NCBI GenBank assembly: GCA_965153455.1
Contig: OZ234493.1
Location: 4,030,001 to 4,094,000 of the forward strand
Source: Sphagnum compactum
Lineage: Eukaryota
DNA length: 64,000 nt
Direction: 5' to 3'
Under the pieces are notes generated by a model, which saw only the letters and a program-made list of their open reading frames with translations, ran no database searches and was not told where the DNA came from. Of this stretch, positions 38,130-50,450 are shown in pieces. The position numbers and the translations under genes are program-made. Each line of letters starts with the position of its first letter. Position 1 is the stretch's first letter.

Positions 38130-39719
38130 GTATAGACCAATTTACTACTATGGGTGGTGAAGATGCTCAAGTAGTTGAATGAAAATGTTTTACCAACAAA
38201 ACATATGTTGTATTAAATTTGTTCAAATCTTTTTTTACTTGGACCTATTGGTGAGGAATTAAAGAACTTGTCACAAAGTTTAAGAAATGTCTATTACAAA
38301 TCATACATGGGAGTTCATTTCAATGCCATTTGGCAATTCTAATGGAGTGCCTCTAAAACTTTTCGAATCTTGCCAAATAAAGCAAAATGGAAAAATAGAT
38401 AATGAAGAATCAAAAGTCGAAAGTGTTGAGTATTGCATGATGCTAGAGTTCCTAAAATTGCAAGTAAACCAATAAATAATTATATAAAACTAAAACTTTA
38501 TGTATAGGCTAACAGACCTTTTTAGATTTGAGATCCCAACCCAAGGTTGATAAGTTGAAGGAATGAGTTGAAAACATGGAAAGGTCTATTTTCAAACCCT
38601 TCACCTACATAAAGACCAACCTAATTTTTCTTTTTGCTTCTTTTAACAAATAAAGATAAAATATGAAAAAACGAGAGAAATGTAAATAAATAAAAGATAA
38701 AATAATAAATTTGAAAACTACATCTTTCGAAATATGCAAGGTCTAATATAACTTGTTAGACATCTTATACTAGGCCTTTCACATGCCAAAATATCACATT
38801 CCAAAAGGTATATTGCAAAATTTAAAGCAATGACCGTCCTAAAAATACAAAGGGAAAAATGAAACTAGTCATTTCGTGTGGTAAAAGGATAGGTCTAGAA
38901 TCTAAAGGTGTTTGTATTGTAACTTGTGTGAAGGCATGTCAATGAAGGTAGTAACCTAGTTCCCAAGGCCAAGAACATTATAACCCTTAATGTGACTTGC
39001 CTTTCCTTTAGATTAAAAAAATTGACATAATTCAAATCTATCATGTAATCAACACATTATAGGTTTGTATGGTGCCTTCTAGACTTGGAAGAAGATTATG
39101 TTTTGTAAGGAACCATTAAAAAAAAATTTATGTTGAGAATTTATGTACACAAGCTAAACATGACTAAAACAATAACAACTCGTTAGTCATGGTTTATTTC
39201 TCAATTTCGTGATTAGGTGGACAAGTGATCATACACAAGAAGATTTAGCCAAATTTGGCTATATGTTGTGTAATTCTTCTTTTGAAATGCCTTTGGTCCG
39301 GATTTTGAAATTTGAAATTTAGTTGGAGGTTTTTTGTTTTTTTCATTTTTAAACCTTTCAATTTTGGTTGTGATACACTTTTTCAAATTCAATTTTTTAT
39401 AATCTAGTTCAAAAATCAAATCCAATTTAATATATAGTCTCCACATTTTCCATTGTATGGGGTTTTATCACAAATTAAGACATGGGTCTATATAAATATG
39501 TAGCAATGTTGGTCTACTATCAACCTATTTGGATACCAACTGATACTAATATCAAACTAATATCGGATTTAGGTCATATCAAACTCGTATGATATTTGAT
39601 ACCAATGTTGATATCAATATCCATACTAGCCCTTTGATCTTATATATCATATCAACATTGATACATAGTTCAAAAACTAATTAAAATTGAAATTCAATTA
39701 TAAAATTTAACTTACTTAT

Positions 39720-40112
39720 CAAGTTTTCATAAAAAATCAAATTGCATACTTAAAGAACTTGTTCTTGTGTTTTAGAATATTTTTTCCATATTTTTGGTTT
39801 CAATTTGAATTGAACAAAAGACTAATTTCATGATTTGATTCTTAATTTCATGATTTGGTTCTTGTGCTAGTTCCAACAAAAAGATGTCTACTTGGGTCTA
39901 GGTCACAAGAACATGAAATGAACCCTAAACCCTAGACCCAAGTAAACATCTTTTTGTTGGAACTAGCACAAGAACCAAATCATGAAATTAAGAATCAAAT
40001 CATGAAATTAGTCTTTTGTTCAATTCAAATTGAAACCAAAAATATGAAAAAACATTCTAAAACACAAGATCAAGTTCTTTAAGTATGCAATTTGATTTTT
40101 TATGAAAACTTG
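39720..40112. repeat. Near-perfect hairpin: 183/182-bp arms, 28-nt loop
   Basis: 39720-39902 versus 39931-40112: 3 substitutions and 1 indel counted by eye. Confidence 0.97.
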
Positions 40113-40780
40113 GATCTTTCATTGCAAAACCATATATCTTATAACATTGGTCCAAACTCACAACGGTTAAAATAAAATCGTTTTATCAAGTGCCCAAAGA
40201 AAGAACTCATAGTTCCTTGTGAGTAACACTTGCAAAACATTGCTCAAAGTTGTGAGACCAAATGAAAATTCTACATCATTCCATAGACTCTCCCTTAGAG
40301 GGAGAGAGCCAACCAAGAAGTGGACTAAACAAACGAAGCCAAAAAAAACCAAGAGAAAACAAAACATGTTAGGCTTTAATTTAAACTTCGTCCTTGGAGG
40401 ATTACAAAGCCAAATAAAATAAATTAAGAAAAATTGGTTTAAACTAATACCTTCCCTTATTAGCCCTATCACTTTTCTTAAATTACAATATCTTTTTGGA
40501 CAAGCCTTCTTTTGGATGCAAAATTTCACAATGTTCCAAAAAATTTCAACTGCAAAATTTGAAATGAATTTCTAAAAAATCGCCAGATTTTTACACATGG
40601 TTCAAGCGAATAGCCAAAAATATATAAGAATGTTTTTTTCCTTGCATATTTTTAATAGCCAAATTTGGCTAAATTGGCTTACGAGTGATCACCTCCTCGG
40701 CTACATGTCAAAATTCGGGGAAAAAAACTTTTAAGAATAAACACACACACACACTTGCTCGCGTGTGCGGGCACAGAGTT

Positions 40781-41242
40781 CCCAAGGTGCAAAGTGTAAA
40801 CCCAAGTTGGATGAATGAGGGTGCCCCTTGTTTGGAGACTAATAATATGTTGGGGTACATCCATCCACCAGAAACCTCAATTGATGTGGGGTCTAATGTA
40901 TTGCTCCAGCATTAGTGGGGGAGCCCGGAATTGGTCAAACCCAAGGTGGAAAGTGTAAACCCAAGTTGGATGAATGAGGGTACCGAATTTGGAGACTAAT
41001 AATACGTTGGGATTCATCCATCAGAAATCACAATTGACGAGGAGTTCAATGTATTGCTCTAGTATTAGTCTGGGACCGATGACCGGTCAAACCAAGGTGA
41101 AAATTGTAAACCCAAGTTGGATGAATGAGGGTGCCAAGTTTGGAGACTAATCAAGACGTTGGGATTCATCCACCAGAGACCACAATTGATGAGGGGCCCA
41201 CAGTATTGCTCCAGCATTAGTGTGGGGCCGACAACCGGTCAA
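40781..41242 (+). repeat. Three tandem copies of a ~150-160 bp unit just upstream of ATP3
   Basis: CCCAAGTTGGATGAATGAGGGT at 40801, 40960 and 41111. Confidence 0.95.
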
Positions 41243-41438
41243 GCCGGTTACCGTCTCTCTCGTTCCGCCAGCGTTCCTTTTTGCGTCGCGTCTCGTCCCA
41301 TTTTCCGTTTTGCTGTTGTTTTGTGTGGCGGAAGTGTTTGTGTGCGAGGTGCTTGCAGCCGAGGCGCGGTGTGCCCTAGAGATCTGCATCTGGGTTTCTA
41401 GAGATTGGCTTGCACAGCGGAGTTTTATTTTTTGCGCC

Positions 41439-42452
41439 ATGGCTTCGGGAAGTGCACGTCCTGGAGGTACGCGCCTCGCGAAGCTTTTATATGGAAATGT
41501 GAACTCGTATTTGTCTTCGGGAGCCGCGGGGGTTAATGGCGGTGGCGCCGTATGGGGTTCGACTACGGGTTTGTCGTCCGCGGAGCTAGCTCCCTTCGGA
41601 GCTAGATCCGCTTCGGGGCAGATCGTGAGGAATAGAATGAAGTCGGTGAAGAGTATCCAGAAGATTACCAAGGCGATGAAGATGGTGGCAGCTTCCAAGT
41701 TGCGGAATATTCAGGTGAAGGCGGAGAACTCACGGGGACTTTGGCAGCCGTTCACGGCTCTGTTGGGCGATGCACCGGCGACTAAAGTGGATAAAAAGCT
41801 GATCGTGACCATCTCGAGTGATAAGGGATTGTGCGGGGGTATCAACTCCACGGTTGTCAAGTATTCCCGGGCGCTCTTTAGGTTGAATGGCCTTGATGGA
41901 CCAGACAAGGATGTCAAGTACGTGATCGTGGGCGAGAAAGGGAAGGCGCAATTGCAGCGTGATTCTAAGAAGCTGATCAGCATGTACTTTGGAGAGACGC
42001 AAAAGAGCAGCATCTGTTTCACGCAGTGCTCCATGATGGCAGACGAGATCATCAAGTCCAATGAGTACGATGCCATCCAGATGGTGTACAACAAATTCAA
42101 CTCTGTCGTCTCTTTCCAACCCACCGTTGCCACCCTGTTGTCCCCGCAGCTTCTGATTGGAGACCAGGAAGTCACTGGAGACCTAGATGCTTACGAGATC
42201 GAGGGAGCAGACACTAAAGAAGAGGTACTTCATAACTTGTCAGAGTTTCAGTTTGCATGTACCATGTACAACGCCATGTTAGAAAACGCGACCAGTGAGA
42301 TGGGAGCCCGTATGTCAGCCATGGAAAACTCCACTCGGAATGCCAGTGACATGCTCGACCGCCTCACTTTGACCTACAATAGGTCACGGCAGGCATCCAT
42401 CACCACAGAGCTGATTGAGATTATATCAGGTGCTGCCGCTCTGGAGGGTTAA
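41439..42452 (+). CDS. ATP3: Mitochondrial F1 ATP synthase gamma subunit, 337 aa, intronless
   Basis: GCCATGG start and a presequence poor in acidic residues. Motifs RMKSVKSIQKITKAMKMVAASK, ISSDKGLCGGINS, SEMGARMSAMENSTRNA and RQASITTELIEIISGAAALEG. No chloroplast-type dicysteine insert seen. Confidence 0.97.
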   Translation: MASGSARPGGTRLAKLLYGNVNSYLSSGAAGVNGGGAVWGSTTGLSSAELAPFGARSASGQIVRNRMKSVKSIQKITKAMKMVAASKLRNIQVKAENSRGLWQPFTALLGDAPATKVDKKLIVTISSDKGLCGGINSTVVKYSRALFRLNGLDGPDKDVKYVIVGEKGKAQLQRDSKKLISMYFGETQKSSICFTQCSMMADEIIKSNEYDAIQMVYNKFNSVVSFQPTVATLLSPQLLIGDQEVTGDLDAYEIEGADTKEEVLHNLSEFQFACTMYNAMLENATSEMGARMSAMENSTRNASDMLDRLTLTYNRSRQASITTELIEIISGAAALEG

Positions 42453-42745
42453 GGCTCTTGCCTCCTATCCAGTCTGATCTGCTCAGCTTCAAAAGGCAAA
42501 GTGGGTGAATATTGTGCTATGCAATCTTACATCCAGCAGGCATGCATCATGTTGCAGTTTGCTTGGTGAAGCCCATGCAGATCAGTGCAGGTAGGATTTA
42601 CATATGGAGTCACCTTTCGTTTTCTGATGCAGCTCTATGGTCTGCAAGTACCTTGGGGAACTGTCACAATATGGTAATGGCAGCTGAAGGATGTGACTGG
42701 AAAGCTCCTAGGCAGCAATCTGGGCTTGGTTGTTTGCAAAAATAA

Positions 42746-42835
42746 AAAGTCTGTGGCACACCTTTGCATCAAAGTCTGTGGCACACCTTTGCATCAAAGT
42801 CTGTGGCACACCTTTGCATCGAAGTCTGTGGCATG
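42746..42835 (+). repeat. 25-bp tandem repeat (about 3.5 copies) downstream of ATP3
   Basis: AAAGTCTGTGGCACACCTTTGCATC repeated head to tail. Confidence 0.95.
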
Positions 42836-44109
42836 CATTTGGGTCGAAGTCTGTAGTACTTATTTGCATCAAGTGCAAGGTTCCAGAGATTTGCATACAG
42901 GTTTTGATTACTTTGTGGAGTATGTATCTTTGGAAACTTTACTGGAATGCTGCACCCATTTTTCTAGTGCTGCAGGTGTAAAGAGATGATGTACAACCTT
43001 CACTCTTGTGATTGGATGTATGGATCAACTTTTCCTGTGGCTTTTGTTCTTCTCCCTTCTTGGTTTGCCTCTGCTCATCTACACTCTTGAGCTGCAAATC
43101 CTGTCTTGATTCTGTGCTCATCTTCATCTAGGTCCCCCTTTTGTTCTGATTATTCTTTGAACTATCTATGCTTCTCCAGAACTAACTACTTTCTCATTGT
43201 GAGGAAGAGCTTCATTGGTAGTCATGGAAGAAAAGGCTCAGGTAAATATAATTCTGGATACCTTATGCTGCTCTGCAGGGATGTAGACATCACCGATGGT
43301 AGTTGCCAGAAAATTTAGAAGGGCATTTACTGGGTTGCCTGATCTGACAGGAACTCTGTTTCGTGAGAAAACACATTTGTTTGAGAACATTGAATGGGTT
43401 TATGTGTTTGTGCCAATACACTGTGCTCTATTAATCCATCAGGTCATCTCTGTCTTTGCAGTGATTGATAGTAGAGTTCTATCACCCATGAACACCAATG
43501 TTCTGAGGGCCGTTGTATTTCTGAGACTAACTTCTAATTTGATTGTGCTTTTTGTGTAAATCAATCTCTCTGTGTCTCTCTCTCATGCAGATTGCTAATG
43601 TTTCATGCTTTATTGAATTCAACAGAGTTGATACTTGAAGCAGCAGAAGATGTGGTTGTGTATGGTATCTGTTGTCATCCATTATTACCCAAGAATGATG
43701 CTGACTATTTGTCCATGTTGCTTCTTGTGGCATGGTTAGATTTTCTAAGTTTGCAGGCAACAAGAGCATCAGACTTTTCTAGAGATTGTTTCCACCACTT
43801 GAATCACATACCATTAGAAGTGTGTCTAATGACAGGGAGAACTGTTCTCATTCTCATAAGCTGCTTCCATTCGGTTCCCAAAAGAGTGCTATTGAGTTTC
43901 CAATGTGTACATGTGGCTGTTTTCAGTGAACTACCTGTCTGGCTGCTTTATTTTTGAGTATAATAACCCACTATTGCTACAGATCTCCTTGCTTTGGATA
44001 TGAGATTGTTGCAGAGATTGGATATCCATGAGAAGGAAAAGTTGACAGGTTAAGTCCTTTTGCTGCAGTTCTAACTCAAACTCAGTAACACAAGCAGTTA
44101 TTCCTCAGT

Positions 44110-45750
44110 AGACACCACAGTCCATGGCAGGGTCTATTCTGAATGAATCTAGAAATGTGATGAATTTCAGAGAACTTCCTCATTTCACAGTAAGCATCAA
44201 CTAGAACTCAATAAGTCACCTCACTTGGCCTGCAGCCACGCTTCTTAATAGGTTTGATTCTGTTCCTAGAACTTCCCAGCACTTGCATAGCAGCTGATGG
44301 AAGTGTTGTATGTGAAGATGTCAGGTTGAAAGCCACAGCAATCATCTCATGTAAGATCCTAGCAGCTTCATCCATCAGCCCATGCTTTTGAAATGCAAAG
44401 ATGAGTGTGTTGTATGACACAAGGTCTGGCATCTTTCCAACTGCTAGCATCTCCCTTCTGTCCTTCTATGCATCCCTTCTTCCCCATACATGCTCATCAT
44501 GCAGTTATAGGTGACAATATCTTGAGCCAAACCTGTCACCTTCATCAGCTCTAGTATCTCTGTGGCCTAGTCCACTCTTCCATACAGGGCAACTGTAGCA
44601 TTGAATGTGTTCATGTCTGGCAAGTGCCCATGCTGTTTCACTTTCTGAAATGTGAGCTCTGCTTCCTCAAGCAAACTGCACTTGCCATAAATGAGAACAA
44701 GAGTCTTGAGAAGAATTTTACTTAAGGGGAATTGTTCTGCAGACAAATTCTCAATTGCCTTTTCTAAGTCTTGGCACTTGCCCATCTCGTGAATAAGCAT
44801 GCAACAAGGAAGCATAACCAACATCATTGGGCTTGTTTGTAGTTGGCATTCTTCAGCTCTTCTAACACCAACTCCGCTTGCTCCCACCACCCTTTCTCTT
44901 ACAAGGGCAGCCAACAATGTGTTGAAAGTAGCCATGTCAGGTGTGGATCCAGCCCATAACATGCCATTGTAATATCCCCAAAGCCTGCTCTGCAGAACCA
45001 CATCTCCCATTGGCATCATCAATTGGTGTGTTAAATGTGGCCTTCTCTGGCTTACACCCTTCCTTCTTCATATCACAGAACACCTGACAACCAGCAAAAC
45101 ATTAGAAGATCAATGCCTGACCTAGGAAATGGCATTCACACTTGCACAATGCATTCAAAAGGGTCACAAAACGTCTTCATGCAAGCCGTTCTTGCCAAAG
45201 ATGACTCCCAACAGAGTGTTCCATGTCACAATGTCTGGGGCACATCCACATGCCTGCAGTCACATCATAACATATTCAAGGACTTAGCCATAAAGGAGCT
45301 CTGAGACATGAAACATTGCTGAAGAAGCTACTTCTCCTCTGTATGTTAGTGTATGCATGAAATTGAACCTCTTAATATTGGTCATGCAGACTGCCTAGCA
45401 TGGTAGAAAAGTTCATTTATGGCTTACAACATTCGGAGGACACCCAACATCCTCCATATCTTTCAACACTTTGGATGCTTCCTCATGCTAACCTGCCTTT
45501 CCATAAACATCCACAAGTGCATTATTTGTAACCTAGTCTGGCAAACACTTGGCTGCCTTCATTTGTGCAAAGATTTTCTAGCTTCACATAGTGGTGCCCG
45601 ACACACGCATAGTGATTGCAGTGGTGTAGGTGTATTCATCACACCAAATCCCCTGTTCCTTCATCTGCCCATAGATCTCAAGTATCTATAATTCTCCCTC
45701 CACTACCCTTTCTTTCCATATAGGTCTATCACTACATTACATTGTAACAC
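44110..45750 (-). pseudogene. P-class pentatricopeptide repeat pseudogene, At5g02860-like, 5'-truncated
   Basis: PPR motifs in shifting frames: NVVIDLYGKKG, CDEYTYTTAIT, NALVDVYGKAG*HEEASKVL, PDMATFNTLLAAL, LLKTLVLIYGKCSLLEEAE...LPDMNTFNATVALYGR, PDLVSYNTLIFAF, GCRPSEVTY*. Many stops and frameshifts; no introns evident. Confidence 0.9.
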
Positions 45751-48700
45751 CATTCTTTCCTCCTCAAAAAATTCTCACATATTAGAGTTTTCCATGAAGT
45801 TGGGCAAACATAAAGCTTCTAGTGACATGTTTTCCCAATTGAAGGGCCGTCATCATAGACACAACTCTTAAAAAAACAAAGGGCTTTGACAAGGGCCAAA
45901 ACACGTTTTTGCTCCTCAACTTGTTATGAAACTAGTTTCACGCCAAGTTGCACTCTACTTGTCGCAAAACTTCAAGGAGCATGTGAAGGTCGTGCACAAA
46001 GATCTTCTTCTCTTCTTTTGTTTTGTTTGGAGCTCTCAATTTTTTGCTTGAGATGGTAGGCAACACAAGTGCAAGGAGAACACTCTATAGAAAAGCTTGA
46101 GAAGTGTGCAAGAACAATGAAGTTTAGAGAGGAGTATGTAAAAGGAGCAAAGGGGAAAAAAAGTTGTGCAAACGAATGATTTCAAAAGAAACTTGGTAGC
46201 AAGTCAATTTGTAAAAACCTTTTGATGCAACTCGTTTTTTCAAGTGAGGTCTTTCCCTAGTTAAATATATGGTTTTAATAGCCTACAAAACTCAAGAGGA
46301 CGATGTCTTTTATGATTGTTTCAACCCAATTATCACCTTTTTTTGACAAGTTAGGGTCGAGTTTAATGCACATTTGGCACATCCTTTATGCCCTCGGTAG
46401 GGTTATGTAGGTATTTTATTGATGCACATTTTCCCTGGTGAGTTCTCATCCTCATTTGGCAACTTTGTAAAGACTAACTTTAATTTTATATGCATGTAAT
46501 TGATTTCGAAAAGTTAGGGTCAAGTCTACTACACATTTGGCACATCCTTTGTTACCTTGGGAAGTTTTATAGGTATTTTATTGATGCACATTTGCCCTTG
46601 TGAAGTATGATCTTCGTGCTCAAACCTTAAACCTTAAATCTCGCATTTTAAAGTCTATGTCCAGATTAAAGCTTTTAAAATTTAAACTTTAAGCTTTAAA
46701 TTTTAAATTTAAACCCTAAATATAAACTTTAAAACTTATATGCAAACGCTAAAACCTTAAATTTCATATTTAAAACCTTAAATCCAAACCTTAAAGCCCA
46801 CAACCCATAGATTGTAGCCCATAGCTTCTAGTCACTAACATAGCCCCTAGTGGTTAAAATTGTTGGAATCAATTTTGGGATTTCATGTTGGGTTTTCCTT
46901 TTTAGTCCCTTTTTGAAGACTTTGCTAATGATAACCAAGATGAGTTGATGAGCCAAACCAAAGTCCAAAATGAGGCCCAATAGGCCACCAGTTTAAGGAA
47001 GACTCTATTATGTTATGAATGTTTGGGTTTGGATCTCAATTGTCATGTAATTTACAAATTTTGATTTAAAGAACTTTGATTTTATAACTTTAATTAATTT
47101 TGATTTTGAACATTTTATATTTCCCCATGTATTATAATTTTTTATATTTTTTCTTTAATGAAAATAATTAAATTAAAATTACACAATTATTAAATAGAAT
47201 GAAATGCATTACAATGGAATAGAACTTTGAATTAAATGGAATATAAATCACTAGCATGCCTTTTATTTACTTTTGGAACTTTGAAATATGAATTTTAATG
47301 TTTTGTCTTAAATTATAAGATAATAGGTCTTTTATGTGGGTGCATTTGAAGATTGTTTATTTTTATCCATAAGGTCCAAACTACTTCTAGCATAAAGTGT
47401 AAGGTAATGCCCAAGGAGCATAAATGAACACCCATCATTTTGAAGGCATTGCCATATGTAAAACATTAGTAAAATCATTTTCTTCATTTTTTCCCATTAT
47501 CCCCAACGGGAACCCATTGGATATCATGAGAAAAAAAGAAAAAAAATGAGACATTTCATTTCGCAAAATGTTTCATTGTTTGAAAATAATTTTTTCTTGA
47601 TAACATTACCCCATTAAATACATTGAAAATGTTTTGTTGGTGCTTTACAATGTTGTTGTAGCACAAGTATGAAAGATATTGGAAATGTTGTCATATTTTG
47701 ATTGTGGGTCTAGCAAACTATTGAAATTAGGGTTTGAAAGTTGTCTAATTAGTTGCAATGTGTAATGGAAGGCACCGAAGGGCCTTTTCCAAATACAAAG
47801 GCCATAGTTGAGTGCATGCCCCTTAAATATCAAGTGTGCCTATTTTTGGAAACTTTATTATAGGGCATGAAGGCTTTATTACTTAACAATAGTCTTTTAT
47901 AGCAAATTGTATTGAAAGGTTTATATCAATACCTTGTGACAAATTTTTAAAGGTCACGATCATATGTGAAACCTTAATTAAACTTGTTAGTTGCTTATGT
48001 TTCATTGTGCATGATGTGTGTACCATTACTCCCATTGGGGATTTGGAACAATTGGAGTTTGTGTTTAAAAAACAAATGTTTAAGGTGTGTTGTAAACAAC
48101 TTTTAAAACAAAGTTATTAAAATTTTAATATCTTAGGGTTTAATTGAAACTTATGATAATAATTGACACTTGATTTGTTGGCACCCTACATATTCATTGC
48201 ATTTTGAACTTGAATAAATTATGGCTATATGGGTAAACCAACTTCATGATATTTTTCAAAGACACAATTGGTTTTAATTTATTGATGTGATATGCATAAA
48301 ATCTTATGACCCAATTTGTCATGTAATTATAAATTATAAATCTTCCAGTAACTATTTTCAAATTTTTTTTAGTCACACAAATCACGATCACTTAAAACAT
48401 GTGTCTGCAAGCAAGACCAACATGTTTCCAATGCCTTGTTGAAAGTGAACTAGCACATTGATACTTTCACAACCTTCTTGAGTGAGGTCTATCAATGCCT
48501 ACATTTTAACTTGAAAAAGTTAAATTTATATTCAAAGACTTTGATTTAATCTTATGACACGGGGCAACTTTATGTTAAGATAGGTCATGTTTGTTTATTT
48601 GTTATTTGTTTGATGTGATCATGTGGTTCAAATTTGTCCTTTAATTTTTAATTTTTGTTGTGTGGAGGAAAACAAAAAAAATGTGCCACCCAAAAACCCA

Positions 48701-49149
48701 ATAATTTGACACATTATTGTAATTGTTATCAATTCAATAAATGAATTAATATTGATATTATTAATTTAGATTTAAATAAAGCTAATTTTACTTACCCATT
48801 TGTTACTAAATTATAAAAAATGTTTGATTGAAAATTGCCCAACACTAAATTTAACCATAGTACCGATGCAAGTGTTAATTTATCCAAAGTATTTGCAATT
48901 ATAACCACAAGCTTACATTTAAAACTAATACAAGAAAATGGGGAAATCACTACTACAAAAATGGGGTGTAGATCATTGACTTAAACCACTATGGGACCTT
49001 TAAAATGAAATAGACTTACTACAATTTAATGATTTCACTTTGATTAAAGTTATTTCACCATGGGATCATTATGTAAACTTCATGTTTCAATATTAATTAA
49101 CATAATTCACTATTATAATTTGATATGGTAAAAAAAATCATTTTTATGT

Positions 49150-50450
49150 TGTTGTTTTAAATATCGTAAGTTATTTTAACCTAGATTTTATGTTATTTTA
49201 GTTTACCCTGGTTCTTTTAATTGATACCCTAAGTTGTTATAAATTATTATACAAATTTTACTTTAATTATATTTAAAATTATTTTATCCTAAGATGTAAT
49301 AATTTAAAATAATCAATAATAGCCTTATTAAAATAATTATAAATAACCCAAAATGGCATATGGTAGAATAACAAATAATAGTTTAAAATAACTTGCAAAA
49401 AAATGATTTTAAATAGCCAAGAAATAATCTAGAATAATAAAAAATAACCTACAATATAATAGTTAATAATAATTATGATAGAATATCAAAAAATAACATA
49501 CAATAAATAGCCTAGATTAACCAACAATAACCTATAATAAAATATCCAAAAATAACATATGATAAATAATTTAAAATAACCAAAAATAATTTAAGATAAA
49601 ATACGCTAGAATAATTAACAAAAGCTTATGATAGAATGAGTAATAATAACTTAAAATAAAATAGCCAATAATAACCTATGATAGAATAACCAATAATGAC
49701 TTATGGTAAAATGGTTTAAAATAACCAATAATGACTTATGGTAAAATTGCTTAAAATAACCAATAATAGCCTACGATAAAATATCCAAGAATAACATAGA
49801 ATAAAATAATCTAAAATAACCAATAATAGCCTATGATAGAATAACTAACAATAACATATGGTAAAACACTTTTATGCTAACAATAACTTGCAATAAAATA
49901 ACCAACAATAACTTATGAAAGAATAACCAAAAGTAACCTATGGTAAAATAGCTTTAAAATTTTCAAAATAGCCTATGATAAAATAGCCAACAATAGCTTA
50001 TGTAAAATAACCAAAAATAGCCAATGGTAAAATAACTTTAAATAACCAATAACAGTTTATAATAAAAAAACCAATAGTAACATAGCCTAAAATAGCCAAT
50101 AATAACCTATGATGAGATAATGTAAAATAACCAATAATAGTTTACAATATAATAACCATTAATAGCCTATGGTAATATAATTAAAAAAAGGCAATAATAG
50201 CCTAGAATAAAATAGTCACCAATAACATATGGTAATGTAGCCTAAAATGATCAATAATATAATAGTCACCAATAGCATGTGATAATATAACTTAGAATAA
50301 CTAATAATGGTCTATTTTATAATAGTCTAAAATAAACAAGAGTTGTCAAAAATAGCCTATGGTAAAATAATGTAGAATAACCAATAATGGCTTATTATAT
50401 AATAGCTTAAAATAACCTATTGTAGAATAGCCAAAATTTGTTTAAGGTGA
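49150..50450. repeat. AT-rich degenerate satellite (AATAACCTATGATAAAATAACC-type units)
   Basis: Many degenerate 'aataacc/aatagcc' units; a related array lies at 54620-55290. Confidence 0.8.

Noticed and set aside
41220-41438. N-terminal extension of the 410-aa ATP synthase ORF
   Set aside because: Starts at a non-ATG codon within the upstream repeat; the ATG at 41439 has good context and begins a plausible presequence.
43100-44050. Exon-like segments with splice-like signals downstream of ATP3
   Set aside because: No consistent reading frame or recognisable product could be assembled.
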